DNA from: Hydrolagus affinis
Lineage: Eukaryota
Direction: 5' to 3'
Assembly (NCBI GenBank): GCA_012026655.1
Contig: JAAILG010000156.1
Location: 1 to 64,000 of the forward strand
DNA length: 64,000 nt
How positions within the stretch are numbered: position 1 is the stretch's first letter; every line of letters begins with the position of its first letter. Positions 63,430 through 64,000 of this stretch are shown piece by piece. The translations under genes were made by a program, and so were the position numbers. Under the pieces are notes generated by a model, which was not told the DNA's origin, ran no database searches, and saw only the letters and a program-made list of their open reading frames with translations.

Positions 63430-63720
63430 AATAATTACACTTATATAGCGCCTTTCACATCGGGAGGACGTCCCAAGGCACTGAACAGTCAGGTAGGCAT
63501 CAGAGCAGAGGTGGGGAGGGGTTGGGGGAAGGAGAGTAGGAAAATTGACTGTATATTTGCGAGCGAAATGCAGCAGCCAAATTGCGCACAGCAGTGTCCC
63601 ACAAACAGTCATGGAAGTGGGGTTAGGGGAGAAAAGGGGGGGAAGGATTGCAAGGGGAGGGGTTGGGGTAGGGGGAAGGAGAGCAGGAAAACCGACTGTA
63701 TATTTATGGGCAAGACATCG
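63430..63720 (-). mobile_element. L2-tail/SINE-body chimera with an internal ~140-bp-spaced duplication
   Basis: L2 tail at 63430-63490; ggggaggggttgggg...aaggagag(t/c)aggaaaa(tt/cc)gactgtatattt at ~63513 and ~63654; SINE body at 63543-63615. Confidence 0.7.
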
Positions 63721-63819
63721 TTGAACATTCAGCAATTTTGCTTGATTACATTTCACAAAGGGGATGCGTACACAGGACATTGAGGCTAGAGAAAGAATGA
63801 GTGGGATGATTTCCACGAT

Positions 63820-63960
63820 GGGGTATTATCGAAGATGTGATAAGGTGCTATATCAAATACAAGGATTATTATTTTTATTATAGGGGCAGATTATGTAGAA
63901 AAAACAGATTTAAAGAGCCAAATGGCCTTTTCTCGTTTCATACTTTATCTTCTCATGTAC
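63820..63960 (+). mobile_element. SINE tail (to ~63880) followed by a CR1-like terminus
   Basis: gaagatgtgataaggtgctatatcaaatacaaggattatt; then gagccaaatggccttttctcgtttc. Confidence 0.65.
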
Positions 63961-64000
63961 ATGTATAAATCCCCATCTGATATTACGTGTGAATAAACTG

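Overview
Eukaryotic, AT-rich, repeat-dense DNA. The repeat complement (L2 and CR1 LINE fragments, Deu-type tRNA SINEs with L2-like tails, shark-type Penelope termini) points to a cartilaginous fish, possibly a chimaera; this is an inference. I cannot support any intact protein-coding gene, rRNA, true tRNA or CRISPR array. The short ORFs are chance ORFs or read through decayed retrotransposons, so the window looks like a long intron or gene desert. It holds many L2 3' fragments (one with the RT YADD motif), CR1 3' ends, about 20 copies or fragments of tRNA/Deu SINEs, two fossil RTE LINEs, a Tx1-like remnant, Tigger-like MITEs and older SINE relics. Most notable: (1) a 245-bp palindromic Penelope-derived insert with an exact 16-bp target-site duplication and a minimal hammerhead ribozyme core on each strand (12026-12302); (2) an unclassified 566-bp segment bounded by a perfect 30-bp inverted repeat (34802-35367); (3) a candidate recursive-splice site or small exon on the minus strand (55514-55590). 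Family names are from recalled consensus sequences, not database searches, and most repeat boundaries are approximate.
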